A stretch of 41,081 bases of DNA from Candidatus Altiarchaeota archaeon (GTDB taxonomy: Archaea > Altiarchaeota > Altiarchaeia > IMC4 > SCGC-AAA252-I15): positions 1 to 41,081 of the forward strand of contig JBDRCA010000012.1 of NCBI GenBank assembly GCA_043822165.1, read 5' to 3'. This document shows, piece by piece, positions 9,088 to 18,099 of the stretch. A program made the translations under genes and the position numbers. Numbering within the stretch: position 1 is the stretch's first letter; each line of letters begins with the position of its first letter. The notes under the pieces were generated by a model. The model was not told the origin of the DNA, made no database searches, and saw only the letters and a list, made by a program, of their open reading frames with translations.

Positions 9088-9285
9088 GTGGTTAACGTGA
9101 AGTGTTGTCCTAAATGCCAGGATTATGAATTCTGCAAAGACCAATCATCCTGCTGCAAGTACTGCGACCATTTTTCGGCAAGCGGATGCCTGCACGGTAC
9201 GCCCTTAAAACGCGACCGCCTCCAAGAATACGAAGACTTCAAGCTGACGGCATCCGAATTCGGCGACTTCTACAACGCAGACTAA
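9088..9285 (+). CDS. Small cysteine-rich protein (possible metal-binding), unknown function
   Basis: 65-aa GTG-start ORF with 9 Cys in the first ~34 residues ([29 protein letters not shown]) and an acidic tail. Stop overlaps the convergent gene's stop (CTAA). No homology recognised. Confidence 0.35.
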   Translation: MVNVKCCPKCQDYEFCKDQSSCCKYCDHFSASGCLHGTPLKRDRLQEYEDFKLTASEFGDFYNAD

Positions 9286-10118
9286 ATCCTGTTCTTCAGG
9301 TACCTCTCCCGCAGATATGCAGGATAATCTGAGACATGAATTGTCACAGGAATTTTATCCATTCCCAATGCAGCCTCTATGTGCGATCTAACGTCCTTCT
9401 GTCTTGGCGCGCTCACTAACTCCTCTATTAAACCCTGCATCTTCAAAGGGTTCCTCCTGTACCACTCATTGAAGAACTCCCGCATCCTCTTAACATCCGC
9501 TCTTGTGAGCGGGTCGTGGATTTCTGGGGGAGTCTGAAGTTCCAGGTTCGGGCGGAATTTCACTGGATCGACTAGAAGGCTTCCCGCGGATGATATGGGA
9601 AGATTCGAGTGCATGCGTACGTTGCCATCTCGTATCTCCGTAATCTGGGTTAATGGTACTCCGACTTCGCCGTCCATGAAGTCTCCGACTCGGCATATGA
9701 ATTCGCTGATTCTTTTTTCCCCGTCTCGTTTGGGAGCGATCACGCATTCAAGTGGAATGTCCATGATATCTCCTACGGGATTTGCTGTGACTACGACTCC
9801 GCAGTCGCTTGCGATATCCAAGACCGGCGCCTTCACGAAAATATGGTATGCGAGCTGCCTGAAGTATCCTTCGCGTCTGCCATTTTTGTTGTATTCAGGG
9901 TTTAAGGTGCCGTCTCTGACGTGGTCTTGGAATGTATATGTGTCGATTACTCCGTCACCGAAGACAGCCTTCTTAACGTCCACGGCTTTATCGCCTAAAA
10001 GAGCGTCCATTGCAGCAACTCTGCCGCTGCTGCCTTCAATGTTTAGCATGTACTTTAACGGAAGGCTCACACCCACTACTTCAAGTTCCCTGCGTCTCGA
10101 CATATGCTTCACTGACAT
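9282..10118 (-). CDS. Hypothetical protein, 278 aa, no family recognised by eye
   Basis: Long ORF with protein-like composition, no TM helix, and only short ORFs in the other frames. Confidence 0.6.
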   Translation of the reverse strand: MSVKHMSRRRELEVVGVSLPLKYMLNIEGSSGRVAAMDALLGDKAVDVKKAVFGDGVIDTYTFQDHVRDGTLNPEYNKNGRREGYFRQLAYHIFVKAPVLDIASDCGVVVTANPVGDIMDIPLECVIAPKRDGEKRISEFICRVGDFMDGEVGVPLTQITEIRDGNVRMHSNLPISSAGSLLVDPVKFRPNLELQTPPEIHDPLTRADVKRMREFFNEWYRRNPLKMQGLIEELVSAPRQKDVRSHIEAALGMDKIPVTIHVSDYPAYLRERYLKNRI

Positions 10119-10157
10119 ACCATATTTATACGGCTTCCAGAGAAATAATCAAAGACG

Positions 10158-10403
10158 ATGTGGGTTATGACGAAAACACTGAAAGGCAGGGAATACCTTT
10201 ACCTCTACAAGAGCGTTTGGGAGAGGGGCCGCCCGCGAAACAAATTCATAAAGTATCTTGGGCCCAAAGAAGCCCTAAGCGAGCGGGAAATAAAAAAAAT
10301 AATCCAAGAAGAAGCAAAAAAATTAGTATCTACTTTTTTGCCTGCCTCTCCTGCAGGTAATCAAAAAGGCTCTTCTGGAACACAAGGTATGCGCTCCTGC
10401 TGA
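10158..10403 (+). CDS. Small basic hypothetical protein (possible DNA-binding)
   Basis: 81-aa ORF (alternative ATG 10167: MTKTLKGREYLYLYKSVWERGRPRNKFIKYLGP...). Lys/Arg-rich. The last 74 nt overlap the 3' end of the convergent 206-aa ORF, so one of the two tails may not be genuine. Confidence 0.3.
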   Translation: MWVMTKTLKGREYLYLYKSVWERGRPRNKFIKYLGPKEALSEREIKKIIQEEAKKLVSTFLPASPAGNQKGSSGTQGMRSC

Positions 10404-10950
10404 TTTCGTCTTCAGAAGCGGAAAGCTGTCCTTCCCCGTCTTTTTGCGTTGGTCTTCTAAGATGCTCTGCCATACCTAATCCTTCTTTCCTTTTAGGCCA
10501 ATATTCAACAACTTCAGCATCAGGGTTTAAAGCATGTATCGCCCGTTCAGTTAATCCGAAGTTTACACCTTCAACTCCAAAGTCGAGTATATGAAACTTA
10601 TTTTTTCCAGGCCTGACAATTCTTTTATGTTCTAATTGTCTTCTTATGACTTCAATATCCTGGGCTGGGTTCCCTGTTTTGTCGGGAATAATCAAGTACC
10701 TGACTTTTTTCTTAGAGAAAGCGGTGTCTTGGTCGTTTATACCTCTTACTGCTTCAAACACAGGACGCAAACTTGTCCCCAGCATTATGATTGTGCCGTC
10801 AATATCTCCGGCGGCTGCAGCAATCTCCTCGGCTGTGGAAAAAATCCCCTGAAAATAAGGGGCGAAACTCCTATCAGACGGGAAACCGATGCCTGCAAGC
10901 CTCTCTCGCCTAGCAGCAGACAAGTTTTTACCACGAAACTTTAAGGTCAT
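10330..10950 (-). CDS. Hypothetical protein, 206 aa, no family recognised
   Basis: ORF with balanced composition. Its start lies 8 nt from the 3' end of the upstream tRNA-iMet, which is on the same strand. Confidence 0.55.
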   Translation of the reverse strand: MTLKFRGKNLSAARRERLAGIGFPSDRSFAPYFQGIFSTAEEIAAAAGDIDGTIIMLGTSLRPVFEAVRGINDQDTAFSKKKVRYLIIPDKTGNPAQDIEVIRRQLEHKRIVRPGKNKFHILDFGVEGVNFGLTERAIHALNPDAEVVEYWPKRKEGLGMAEHLRRPTQKDGEGQLSASEDEISRSAYLVFQKSLFDYLQERQAKK

Positions 10951-10957
10951 CGGCTTT

Positions 10958-11032
10958 TAGCGGGGAATGGATTTGAACCATTGACCTTCGGGTTATGAGC
11001 CCGACGAGCACTCCTGGCTGCTCAACCCCGCT
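10958..11032 (-). tRNA. Initiator tRNA-Met (anticodon CAT)
   Basis: The reverse complement folds as AGCGGGG-TT-GAGC-AGCCAGGAGT-GCTC-G-TCGGG-CTCATAA-CCCGA-AGGTC-AATGG-TTCAAAT-CCATT-CCCCGCT-A. The A1:U72 pair and three G:C pairs closing the anticodon stem are archaeal initiator hallmarks. Confidence 0.9.
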
Positions 11033-11079
11033 GTTCATAATTTATGGAGTCGGTCTTTAAATAGGGGGTTTTTTTGTGG

Positions 11080-11868
11080 TTACAGTATTAGGCTTGTCAT
11101 GTATCCTAGGAATAGTCCGATTGTTATTGGGGGTAGTGCTGGTAGTGGTGTTCCTTCTTTTTTGAGTGCGTGGTTGAATAGTATTGTGAGGCCTGCGAGG
11201 CCGCCTAAGCTTGTGAGTGTTGCGTGGGCGAGAGTGTAGTCTCGGAGAACTGATACAGTGAATACGAGGGGTATGGTTAGGTCTCCTGTGCCTAATCCTA
11301 GTTGGCGGTCTTTTACTGGTATGAGGAACATGAAGGGTATTTTGCCTTTTGCTTTCGTTGCGAGCGTTACCATGTGTTTTGTGCCGAATACGGCTATGAG
11401 GTCGTAGGCGGAGAGGATTAGGATGAGCAGGAGCGCGGGGAATACTGCGAGGCTTGCGCCGAGGAATCCGCCTATCCCTGCGATTGTGAATACTAATGTC
11501 AGGTTCGAGATTACTGTGTTTTTTCTGAGAATCAGGCTTGTGATGTAGTATGGTATTGACGCTATGAAGCCTGCGTCTCCCATAAGGGTCGTGAAGGTTA
11601 TGAAGACTCCCGCATACAAGGCAAAGTATGTGACGACCGTTATTATGATGTCTAAGCCCAGCTTGAAAAGTATAAGCAAGACTGCCGTGAAGGCCACTAC
11701 GTACGCGAAGATGTTTATGCTCGTCTTCGGGCTCTCTCCCTGGGGTACGGCTGGCTCGATTACGCCCTCTTTTATGCCGGTTATCATTCCCGCGCCGACG
11801 GCCAAGCCCAAGGCTTGCACTAGAAGATATATGACTACAAGGTAGGCGAACGAGTGGATGGGTTTCAT
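11080..11868 (-). CDS. Presenilin / signal-peptide-peptidase homolog (archaeal PSH, peptidase A22, GxGD intramembrane aspartyl protease)
   Basis: 262-aa polytopic membrane ORF with the three family motifs in order: YD (LSAYDLIAVF), GxGD (LGLGTGDLTIP) and PAL (PLPALPPI). Confidence 0.8.
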   Translation of the reverse strand: MKPIHSFAYLVVIYLLVQALGLAVGAGMITGIKEGVIEPAVPQGESPKTSINIFAYVVAFTAVLLILFKLGLDIIITVVTYFALYAGVFITFTTLMGDAGFIASIPYYITSLILRKNTVISNLTLVFTIAGIGGFLGASLAVFPALLLILILSAYDLIAVFGTKHMVTLATKAKGKIPFMFLIPVKDRQLGLGTGDLTIPLVFTVSVLRDYTLAHATLTSLGGLAGLTILFNHALKKEGTPLPALPPITIGLFLGYMTSLIL

Positions 11869-11873
11869 TTATG

Positions 11874-13886
11874 CTATTCTTCGGTGAGCATGAATTTCCC
11901 GTGCCGTGGCTCGTATATGTCTCCTTTCTTCTTGAGTTCCTGTATTATCTGGTCTGCCTGGTTTTTGTCTATTCCGCGTTCAGCAGCCTGCGCGAGTATG
12001 TCTTCCCGTGTTGTGGTGCCGTCTGCGCTTTCTTCTATGAGTTTGCGTATTACTTCGTCTATGTTGCGTATTCTGTCTCTCGTCGACTTCGGATACGAGG
12101 TGACAATGCGGTCGATGTCGAATTCCCCCGTTTGCGCGTCGTAGGCGATTTCCCTCAAAACGAAGTTCGTGAGATTCACGGCTCGTTCCGCGTCGGATAT
12201 GGTGACGACGTTGCTTAACCTGATTTTAGCGGATGCTTCGGCCAAACGCACGAGGGCTTCAAGCTGTCGGGGTGTTGCCGCCGCCGTCCCGCCTGATGAC
12301 ATCGCTCTCAAGGAAACGTAGAATTCCTTGAGTTTCTCCGCCGCCTCTTCGGTGAGGAGGGGGAATATGTTCCTGCGGGCGTAGGATATATACTTCCTGA
12401 ACAAGTCTGTCTCAATCTCCGGTTTGAGTTCCTGCAACTCTCCCTCGGTCTTGTGCATCTTGAGCATGTGTTCGGCGATTTTGCGGTCCGTCTCCCGGTC
12501 GATTATGTCGCGGATCGGGAAGATGAGGTCGAAGCGGGACATAAGCGTCGGAGGTATGTCGAATTGCTCTGAAATCGGCTTGTAGGTGTCGAATCGGCTG
12601 AATTTGGGGTTTGCTGCTGCGAGTACGGAGGTGTTAGCCTTAAACTTTGCGATTATACCCGCCTTCGCGACGGAGATGGTCTGCTGCTCCAAGGCCTCGT
12701 GCATGGCGGAGCGGTCTTCCTTGCTCATCTTGTCGAACTCGTCGATGCATGCTACTCCTCCGCCCGCGAGGACGAGGGCGCCTGCTTTAAGGGTCCACGC
12801 GCCTTCCGCGAACTCGTCTTTTTCAGCGGTTGCGGTAAGTCCTGCGCCTGTCGTGCCTTTTCCGGTAACGTATATGCTTTTCGGCGCGATCTGGTCGACG
12901 TACTGGAGGAGTCTTGATTTAGCTACACCCGGGTCTCCTATCAACAGCAGGTGTATGTCGGGGCGAACGCTTGTTCCGTCCGGGAGTTTTTTCCCTGCGC
13001 GCCCCCCGAAAATCTGCAACGCGATTGATTCCTTTACTTCCCTGTAACCCCAAATCGAGGGCGCGATAGAGCTTATTATCTTGTCGTATATCTTCGGGTC
13101 TTTGGCGAGTTTTTTTATCTGTTTTTCCTCGTCTTCCGTTATCACGATGTCTTCGAACTCCTGATCCAAGCCCTCGATGTGGTTGGCGTCAAGGAACTGG
13201 AAGTAGACTGCCCCTTTTAACTTTGGAGGATTCAGCCGCACAGTCCCAGTAATGTTCACCCGGTCGCCCGCGGTCACGACGTCCGTTATGTCGTCTTCAG
13301 CCCACACTTCAATGCGCCGCGCCTGTTCACCTCCCTTTAAAATCTCAAGCGGCTCCTGGATTTCCAGTTTCTGAGTGTCGATGAAGTCTGACATCTCTGA
13401 AATGAACCTGAAGTTTCCTTTTATGCCGCAGTTCTTGCACTTGAACGGCTCCACCAGGTAGCGCGTGGTTTGGAGTTCTGGGTTTTGTTCGCCGCACTTG
13501 TTGCAGACGAACATGGCCTTCACGACCTTTGGGCGAACGTCGCTTATCTTGTTTACTATGCCTTCGACGGATAAAAACCTCCCGATGTAATCAGATGTTA
13601 TGTCGCGCACCATGACGCTGTAGCCCTTCTCCTTGGGAAGGTTCGTGAAACGCACGTGAAAGTAAGGGTTATCAATGACTGTGGGAATGTCCATTTCATT
13701 GATGATCCCCTCAAACATCTCTAAGACCTCGTCAGGCTCCTCGATAAGCTTTTCCGCGAGCTCGGTGTCATGGGCTTCGACTTCCATAAAGTCTATGAAA
13801 AAGCTTTTCTTATCAGGGTAGAATTCACCGAGTTTTTTTATCTCGTCTGCCTTCTTGTCTAGGAAGGCCGCTATCTTGTCTCTCAT
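11874..13886 (-). CDS. mcm: Replicative helicase MCM
   Basis: 670-aa ORF. Zn finger CNKCGE...CKNCG. Walker A GDPGVAKS. Walker B ACIDEFDKM. Arginine finger SRFDLIF. C-terminal winged helix. No intein. Confidence 0.95.
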   Translation of the reverse strand: MRDKIAAFLDKKADEIKKLGEFYPDKKSFFIDFMEVEAHDTELAEKLIEEPDEVLEMFEGIINEMDIPTVIDNPYFHVRFTNLPKEKGYSVMVRDITSDYIGRFLSVEGIVNKISDVRPKVVKAMFVCNKCGEQNPELQTTRYLVEPFKCKNCGIKGNFRFISEMSDFIDTQKLEIQEPLEILKGGEQARRIEVWAEDDITDVVTAGDRVNITGTVRLNPPKLKGAVYFQFLDANHIEGLDQEFEDIVITEDEEKQIKKLAKDPKIYDKIISSIAPSIWGYREVKESIALQIFGGRAGKKLPDGTSVRPDIHLLLIGDPGVAKSRLLQYVDQIAPKSIYVTGKGTTGAGLTATAEKDEFAEGAWTLKAGALVLAGGGVACIDEFDKMSKEDRSAMHEALEQQTISVAKAGIIAKFKANTSVLAAANPKFSRFDTYKPISEQFDIPPTLMSRFDLIFPIRDIIDRETDRKIAEHMLKMHKTEGELQELKPEIETDLFRKYISYARRNIFPLLTEEAAEKLKEFYVSLRAMSSGGTAAATPRQLEALVRLAEASAKIRLSNVVTISDAERAVNLTNFVLREIAYDAQTGEFDIDRIVTSYPKSTRDRIRNIDEVIRKLIEESADGTTTREDILAQAAERGIDKNQADQIIQELKKKGDIYEPRHGKFMLTEE

Positions 13887-14030
13887 CGAAAAAAATCACC
13901 CAAACCAAAGATTTCCCCCCAGACAAAAACCGGGTGGATTCAAGTATTAGGAAAAGCCATTAAAAATACAATGCTTGTTTAATCTGCTGTGTTCCCTTTA
14001 TTTCAATGCTGCTGTTAATAAAATAAAATC

Positions 14031-14681
14031 ATGCGGCTTGTAGCATTCGACTTGGACGGAGTCATCATAAACTCGCGGGAAACCTACGTGAAGGCCTTCT
14101 GCAGGGCGGTTGATGAGCTCGGGTTTTCCTGTGAAAGACTTGACGTCGAGAAGCTTTTGGGAAAGCCGGTCTCCGAGGTCGTGTCTTCGCTTCTTCCCGA
14201 TGACGCCGGGAAAATCCGGGCTGCCAGGCAGATGGTAAACCAGCTGGTCGTCTCCGAGGATGTCCTTGAGAAAATAGTGGTCTCTGATTCAGCCAAACCA
14301 TGCCTTGCGGAATTAGCATCGGTACCAGATATAAACCTTTGTTTGGTCACCAATTCAGGCATTGATTTCACGGAAGCAGTCCTCTCCCACTTCGGCCTCA
14401 AGGATTATTTCGCAGCAGTCCTGACAGCCGACGATGATTCGTCAAAGGAGAGGAGGCTCTTAAGGCTTTTAGAAGATTTCGACTCCAAACCCTCCAAGTC
14501 ATTTTACGTCGGAGACCTGGTATACGATGTCGGCGTCGCCAGAAAAGCCGGGATGCTAAGTGTCGCAGTCTACAACCCTGTCTCATGGGTTTACCCAGAA
14601 AAAGAGCGTATTGAGGCAGCGAACCCGGATTACCTGATCGAGGATTTAAGCCAGCTTCCAGCAATCGTTTCCAGGGATTAA
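14031..14681 (+). CDS. HAD-superfamily hydrolase (phosphoglycolate phosphatase-like)
   Basis: 216-aa ORF. Motif I FDLDGVII, motif II VTNS, motif IV YVGDLVYDV. Confidence 0.8.
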   Translation: MRLVAFDLDGVIINSRETYVKAFCRAVDELGFSCERLDVEKLLGKPVSEVVSSLLPDDAGKIRAARQMVNQLVVSEDVLEKIVVSDSAKPCLAELASVPDINLCLVTNSGIDFTEAVLSHFGLKDYFAAVLTADDDSSKERRLLRLLEDFDSKPSKSFYVGDLVYDVGVARKAGMLSVAVYNPVSWVYPEKERIEAANPDYLIEDLSQLPAIVSRD

Positions 14682-14751
14682 TTCGACATTTGTCGATTTA
14701 TATCGTGTCTACTATTTATAAACAATTAATGAATAAAATAGGTGTCTTAAA

Positions 14752-15441
14752 TTGAATGACGACCCGCTAGCCAAACAAATCGCGGGCGAGATAACGCTCT
14801 CCGAGAACCCACCCAAAACCTTGAGGAAGTGGCGGGAAATCTTCGGTGCAAGCCAGAAAGACCTCGCCCGAAAAATCGGCGTTGCCCCGTCGGTCATATC
14901 CGACTACGAGGGCGGAAGGCGGAAAAACCCGGGCGCGGAATACATCAAAAAATGCGTCCAAGCACTCATCAAATCCGACGAGAAAAGCGGAGGTGAATTC
15001 GCGGCAAAAAAGACGCGACAACAACAGGCGACGGCAATACTCGCTCTCAGGGAATTCCTGGAACCCATCCCGGCGAAAAAACTCGCGAAAAAAATAATGG
15101 GAAAAACAGTATCCGGGAAACCCGAAGGAAAAATATGGGGATACACCGTCGTCGACAGCATACAAGCGATACTCAGCCTATCCGACCGGGAATTCGCGAG
15201 AATATACGGGTCAAACACGGAGCGGGCGCTCATATTCACGAAAGTCCAATCCGGGCGCTCCCCGATGATAGCCCTCAAGGTGACGCAACCCAAGCCGAAA
15301 CTCGTCGTCTTCCACGGCCCGAGCCCGTTGCGCATAGACAAGCTCGCCAAAAAGATAGCGGAAGTGTCGAATATACCCCTCGTCGTCTCGACGATGAAAA
15401 GCGAGGAAAAACTCATAGAGGAACTCGAGGAATTGACTTGA
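14752..15441 (+). CDS. XRE/Cro-type HTH transcriptional regulator with archaeal C-terminal domain (COG1709-like)
   Basis: 229-aa ORF with TTG start. [37 protein letters not shown]. Ends 4 nt before the HMG-CoA synthase start. Confidence 0.7.
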   Translation: MNDDPLAKQIAGEITLSENPPKTLRKWREIFGASQKDLARKIGVAPSVISDYEGGRRKNPGAEYIKKCVQALIKSDEKSGGEFAAKKTRQQQATAILALREFLEPIPAKKLAKKIMGKTVSGKPEGKIWGYTVVDSIQAILSLSDREFARIYGSNTERALIFTKVQSGRSPMIALKVTQPKPKLVVFHGPSPLRIDKLAKKIAEVSNIPLVVSTMKSEEKLIEELEELT

Positions 15442-15445
15442 AAGA

Positions 15446-16423
15446 ATGGCGAAAGTAGGAATCGTAGGGTACGGGGCGTACGTCCCGAAATACAGGATTA
15501 AGGTAGAAGACATAGCCCGGGTATGGGGCGATGAGGCCGAGCGGATTAAGAACGGCCTCATGGTCTACGAGAAATCCGTGCCCGCCTTAGACGAGGACAC
15601 AGTCACGATTTCCGTGGAGGCGGGAAGAAACGCAGTCGAGCACGCAGGTATTGACGCGTCAAGTATCGGGGCAGTCTACGTGGGCTCTGAGTCTCATCCA
15701 TACGCGGTCAAGCCTACCGCGACGATTGTCGCAGAAGCCATTCAGGCGACTCCGGATTTGACTGCCGCGGACCTTGAGTTCGCGTGCAAGGCCGGAACCG
15801 CCGGAATCCAGATGTGCATGGGTCTTGCAGCGGCAGGCTACATCGAATACGGAATGGCAATCGGCGCCGACACAAGCCAGGGAAAACCCGGAGACGCGCT
15901 CGAGTACACGGCTTCCGCGGGCGGTGCCGCATACGTTATCGGCACTAAAAATCTGATTGCTGAAATACAGGACACTTACTCTTTCACGACCGACACGCCG
16001 GATTTCTGGCGCCGCGAAGGAGCGGAATATCCAAGCCACGGCGCCAGATTCACAGGCGAGCCAGCCTATTTTAAGCACGTCTCAGCTGCTTCAGGCAAAA
16101 TCATGGAGAAAAACAGGCTTAAGCCATCCGACTTCACGTACGCGGTCTTCCACCAGCCTAACGGCAAGTTCCCGACCAGAGTCGGTAAAAAACTCGGATT
16201 CACAGGCGAACAAATAAAAGACGGACTACTAACCCCCCACATAGGAAACACATACTCTGGCGCAACACCGCTGGGACTTGCAAACGTCCTCGACAAGGCA
16301 AAGGCAGGAGACATGATTCTCACATGCTCGTACGGCTCAGGCGCAGGCTCGGACGCATTCATAATAAAGTCACGAAGGAGTGCGAGAAACGAAGAAACAA
16401 GCATCCAGTCCAAGACTACGTAA
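15446..16423 (+). CDS. Hydroxymethylglutaryl-CoA synthase (archaeal type); reading frame broken near 16366, see the next feature and the findings
   Basis: [18 protein letters not shown]...[19 protein letters not shown]...[10 protein letters not shown]...FHQPNGKFP...GNTYSGATP...GSGAGSDAF matches archaeal HMGCS throughout. The last 19 residues ([17 protein letters not shown]) look out of frame. Confidence 0.9.
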   Translation: MAKVGIVGYGAYVPKYRIKVEDIARVWGDEAERIKNGLMVYEKSVPALDEDTVTISVEAGRNAVEHAGIDASSIGAVYVGSESHPYAVKPTATIVAEAIQATPDLTAADLEFACKAGTAGIQMCMGLAAAGYIEYGMAIGADTSQGKPGDALEYTASAGGAAYVIGTKNLIAEIQDTYSFTTDTPDFWRREGAEYPSHGARFTGEPAYFKHVSAASGKIMEKNRLKPSDFTYAVFHQPNGKFPTRVGKKLGFTGEQIKDGLLTPHIGNTYSGATPLGLANVLDKAKAGDMILTCSYGSGAGSDAFIIKSRRSARNEETSIQSKTT

Positions 16424-16494
16424 ACGATAAAATATATTTGGACTACGCGTTATACGCTAAACACAAATCAAAGATAAAAGGTATCAGAATATGA
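16366..16494 (+). other. Out-of-frame (-1) C-terminal segment of HMG-CoA synthase
   Basis: The frame starting at AAA 16366 reads [42 protein letters not shown]. This carries the conserved archaeal HMGCS tail (Y.DYA.Y.KH). It ends at TGA 16492-16494, which overlaps the thiolase ATG 16491 (ATGA). Confidence 0.7.
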
Positions 16495-17654
16495 CTCGCG
16501 TCGGAATAATCGGTGTTGGATTAACGGCATTTGGGGAGTTCTGGGAGAAGGGGCTACGAGACCTCATAGTCGAGGCCGGAACAGCGGCGATAAAAGACGC
16601 AGGAATAGAAGGAGCTGCAATAGACGCAGGATATGTGGGCTCCATGAGCCCGGGCCGCTTCATAGGCCAAGAACATATCGGGGCGCTTGTCTCAGACTAC
16701 GTGGGATTAACTGGCATACCTGCAACACGTGTCGAAGCAGCATGCGCGTCAGGAGGCCTCGCATTGCGCCAAGCGTATCTGTCCATCAAAGCCGGCGAAA
16801 ACAAAGTCGTAGTCGCAGGAGGAGTGGAAAAGATGACCGACGTATCAGTCGAGCGCGCCATGGTAACCCTCGGAGGCGCAGGCGACCAGGAATGGGAGCT
16901 CTTCCACGGCGCGACCTTCCCCGGCCTTTACGCGCTTATGGCTCGCAGGCACATGTTAGAGTACGGTACTACCGAGGAGCAGCTTGCGGCTGTCGCGGTG
17001 AAGAATCACAAAAATGGCGCGTTGAATCCGAAGGCCCAGTATCAGAGCGAGGTGACGCTTGAGCAGGTTATGGCGTCCTCTCCCGTCGCGACACCATTGA
17101 AGCTTCTTGATTGTTCGCCGATAACGGACGGGGCGGCGGTCGTAATCCTGGCTGAAGAGGCCACTGCCCGGAAATTCTGCGATAATCCCGTGTGGATTGA
17201 TGCTTCAACGCAGGCATCTGACACGTTGGCCTTGCACGACCGCAAGAGCCTGTGCCAGACGCAGGCCGCAATCACCGCCGGAAAGAAGGCATACGCTCAA
17301 GCCGGGATTAAGCCTTCTGACCTGGATTTTGCAGAAGTCCACGACTGCTTCACGATTGCTGAAATCATGGCCATTGAATCACTCGGCTTCTGCGAGATGG
17401 GCAAGGGCGGCAAATACACCGAAGACGGTAACACAGCCCTCGACGGCGAGATTCCGGTGAACACGAGTGGCGGACTTAAATCTAAAGGCCACCCTGTTGG
17501 TGCCACAGGCATTGCCCAGGCTATCGAGGCCACTTACCAGCTTCGCGGGACGGCGGATAAACGCCAGATAAAGGACGCGAAAATAGGTTTAACACACAAT
17601 GTCGGCGGCTCAGGCGCAACGTGCGCGGTACACATCCTGCGGAGGGACGACTAA
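16491..17654 (+). CDS. Acetyl-CoA acetyltransferase (archaeal thiolase)
   Basis: 387-aa ORF. Active-site Cys context VEAACASGG. C-terminal NTSGGLKSKGHPVGATG and HNVGGSG motifs. Confidence 0.9.
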   Translation: MTRVGIIGVGLTAFGEFWEKGLRDLIVEAGTAAIKDAGIEGAAIDAGYVGSMSPGRFIGQEHIGALVSDYVGLTGIPATRVEAACASGGLALRQAYLSIKAGENKVVVAGGVEKMTDVSVERAMVTLGGAGDQEWELFHGATFPGLYALMARRHMLEYGTTEEQLAAVAVKNHKNGALNPKAQYQSEVTLEQVMASSPVATPLKLLDCSPITDGAAVVILAEEATARKFCDNPVWIDASTQASDTLALHDRKSLCQTQAAITAGKKAYAQAGIKPSDLDFAEVHDCFTIAEIMAIESLGFCEMGKGGKYTEDGNTALDGEIPVNTSGGLKSKGHPVGATGIAQAIEATYQLRGTADKRQIKDAKIGLTHNVGGSGATCAVHILRRDD

Positions 17655-17655
17655 G

Positions 17656-18060
17656 ATGACTAAGGGTCTCCCAATGCACTGGCGTCTAATACCCCAGCGA
17701 TACAACCTTCTTGGAAGTGCATGTGCAACTTGCGGGACGGCGTATTTTCCGCAACGCCAAGTGTGCCCTAACTGCCGCAGGAAAGGAAAGCTCGAAGACA
17801 AGGAATACGCAGGCAGAGGCGAAATATACTCTTATACTGTAATCCATGCGCCCCCCAAGGGATTCGAATACCGGAAACCATACGTGCTCGCAGTGGTTAA
17901 ACTTGCTGAAGGACCGATGCTGACCGCCCAGATAGTGGACTGCAATCCAAGTGAAGTCAGTGTTGGCGCTAAAGTCTCGAAAGTCTTCCGGAAAATCGAA
18001 GCCCGCGGCGAAGAAGGAATAATAAAATACGGGTACAAATTCAAGCTGGACAAGAAGTAA
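17656..18060 (+). CDS. DUF35 Zn-ribbon/OB-fold protein (scaffold partner of thiolase and HMG-CoA synthase)
   Basis: ATG 17656 lies 1 nt after the thiolase stop and gives MTKGLPMHWRLIPQRYNLLGSACATCGTAYFPQRQVCPNCRRKG... (CxxC...CxxC rubredoxin-like ribbon followed by an OB fold), 134 aa. The track start 17599 lies inside the thiolase gene. Confidence 0.85.
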   Translation: MTKGLPMHWRLIPQRYNLLGSACATCGTAYFPQRQVCPNCRRKGKLEDKEYAGRGEIYSYTVIHAPPKGFEYRKPYVLAVVKLAEGPMLTAQIVDCNPSEVSVGAKVSKVFRKIEARGEEGIIKYGYKFKLDKK

Positions 18061-18099
18061 TCCGGATTATTTATCCCTCTCTCCCTCTATCTTAAATGC

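Noticed and set aside
9007-9144. N-terminal extension of the L40e ORF (97 aa). Likewise 8855..8920 for the OB-fold ORF, 17599..17655 for DUF35 and 6530..6592 for SppA.
   Set aside because: The extensions have no similarity to the families and overlap upstream genes. Internal ATGs give canonical N-termini and the 1-4 nt coupling typical of this genome.
10958-11032. tRNA-iMet as an integration site of a provirus or island.
   Set aside because: No integrase or recombinase gene, and no repeated copy of the tRNA 3' segment could be spotted nearby. Kept only as a weak possibility within the unknown-gene-block finding.
13887-14030. Divergent MCM/HAD intergenic region as a possible replication origin.
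   Set aside because: Only 144 bp long, with no repeated ORB-like elements or long AT-rich unwinding tract. It looks like an ordinary bidirectional promoter region.
16361-16369. Programmed -1 ribosomal frameshift in the HMG-CoA synthase gene.
   Set aside because: The site (T AAT AAA G) is not a canonical X XXY YYZ slippery heptamer and no obvious downstream pseudoknot or hairpin was seen. A 1-nt homopolymer indel (assembly error or real mutation) is the simpler explanation.
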